From Callorhinchus milii (Eukaryota): DNA of 64,000 bases. A program made the position numbers and the translations under genes. The notes beneath the pieces are model-generated. The model saw only the letters and a list, made by a program, of their open reading frames with translations, was not told the origin of the DNA and searched no databases. Shown one piece after another: positions 63,366 to 64,000 of this stretch (position 1 is its first letter; every line of letters begins with the position of its first letter). The DNA lies in NCBI RefSeq assembly GCF_018977255.1, contig NW_024704742.1, positions 133,736,001 to 133,800,000 of the forward strand, read 5' to 3'.

Positions 63366-64000
63366 TCCACTGGTACTATTCCCACCCCTTTAAAAGCAGC
63401 TGTCATCATTCCTATCCTTAAGAAGCCTCCCTAGACCCATTCCTGCTCTCAAACTACCGTCCCATCTCCAACCTTCCTTTCCTCTCCAAGGTCTTGGAAC
63501 GAGTCGTTGTTTCCCAGCTTTGCTCCTTCCTCTCCCGCCACTCCCTTCACGAACACCTCCAACGGGTTTCTGTGCCACCCACAGCACAGAACCAGGCCTG
63601 GTCAAAGTGACAAAAGACATTCTGACCATCTGAGCTCCCTCTGCCTCCTCGTCCTCCTTGACTTCTTGGCTGCTTCTTCTTTGTCACCATTGACCACTCT
63701 ATCCTCATCCATCACTTCTCCTCTCACCTCAACCTTCAAGGCTCTGTCCTTGAATGGTTCAGATTGTACCTCTCACACCACCTCCACTTCATCTCCAGAA
63801 ACTGTTTCTCCTCTAGCCCCCGGACCGTCTCGTGTGGCGCTCCTCAGTGCTCTTGGTGCTCTTGGTGACATCATCCGCCGTCATGGGGTCATCTTCCACA
63901 TGTATGCGGATGACATCCAACAGTATCTCTCTGCCTCCACCCGTGACTGCAGGACAACTGCTGTCCTGACAGAAAATCTGTCAGACATCAAGTCCTCGAT
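63366..64000 (+). mobile_element. Second L2 RT fragment running off the window end
   Basis: Restarts in the RT N-terminal region (..cccatctccaacctt.., cacagcacaga, atgtatgcggatgac = MYADD) and is similar to the 31359-33692 copy. Confidence 0.85.

Noticed and set aside
1..64000. CRISPR array, operon or prokaryotic defence system
   Set aside because: There is no regularly spaced repeat-spacer array or dense gene content; the sequence is vertebrate intron and intergenic DNA.

Overview
This is eukaryotic, repeat-dense vertebrate DNA, not prokaryotic. The repeat content (tRNA-Ala-headed SINEs with (ATT)n tails, Deu-domain SINEs, L2 and CR1 LINEs) points to a cartilaginous fish, most likely a chimaera such as Callorhinchus; this is an inference from repeat families only. 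The one host coding feature I recognise with confidence is a plus-strand terminal exon at 17369-17550 encoding an ADAMTS PLAC domain most like ADAMTS7. No TSP1 exon is visible upstream, so 1-17368 is probably the last intron. A candidate poly(A) site lies near 23720-23760, and a full CTCF-like site (core plus upstream motif) sits at 20608-20640. A minus-strand exon-like segment at 50521-50702 encodes a transmembrane helix of an unidentified gene. Most of the rest is nested transposable elements. Notable ones are a 1182-bp solo LTR with a 4-bp TSD, a TA-flanked mariner-type MITE, an element with 65-bp inverted arms, a 2.3-kb L2, an L2 with an inverted 5' duplication, a Penelope-type terminus with a decayed hammerhead ribozyme, and an unclassified ~280-bp repeat family with at least 8 copies. 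Almost all ORFs in the supplied track are by-products of these repeats. I found no convincing novel multi-gene system. Old-repeat boundaries are approximate, and not every degraded SINE or LINE fragment is listed.
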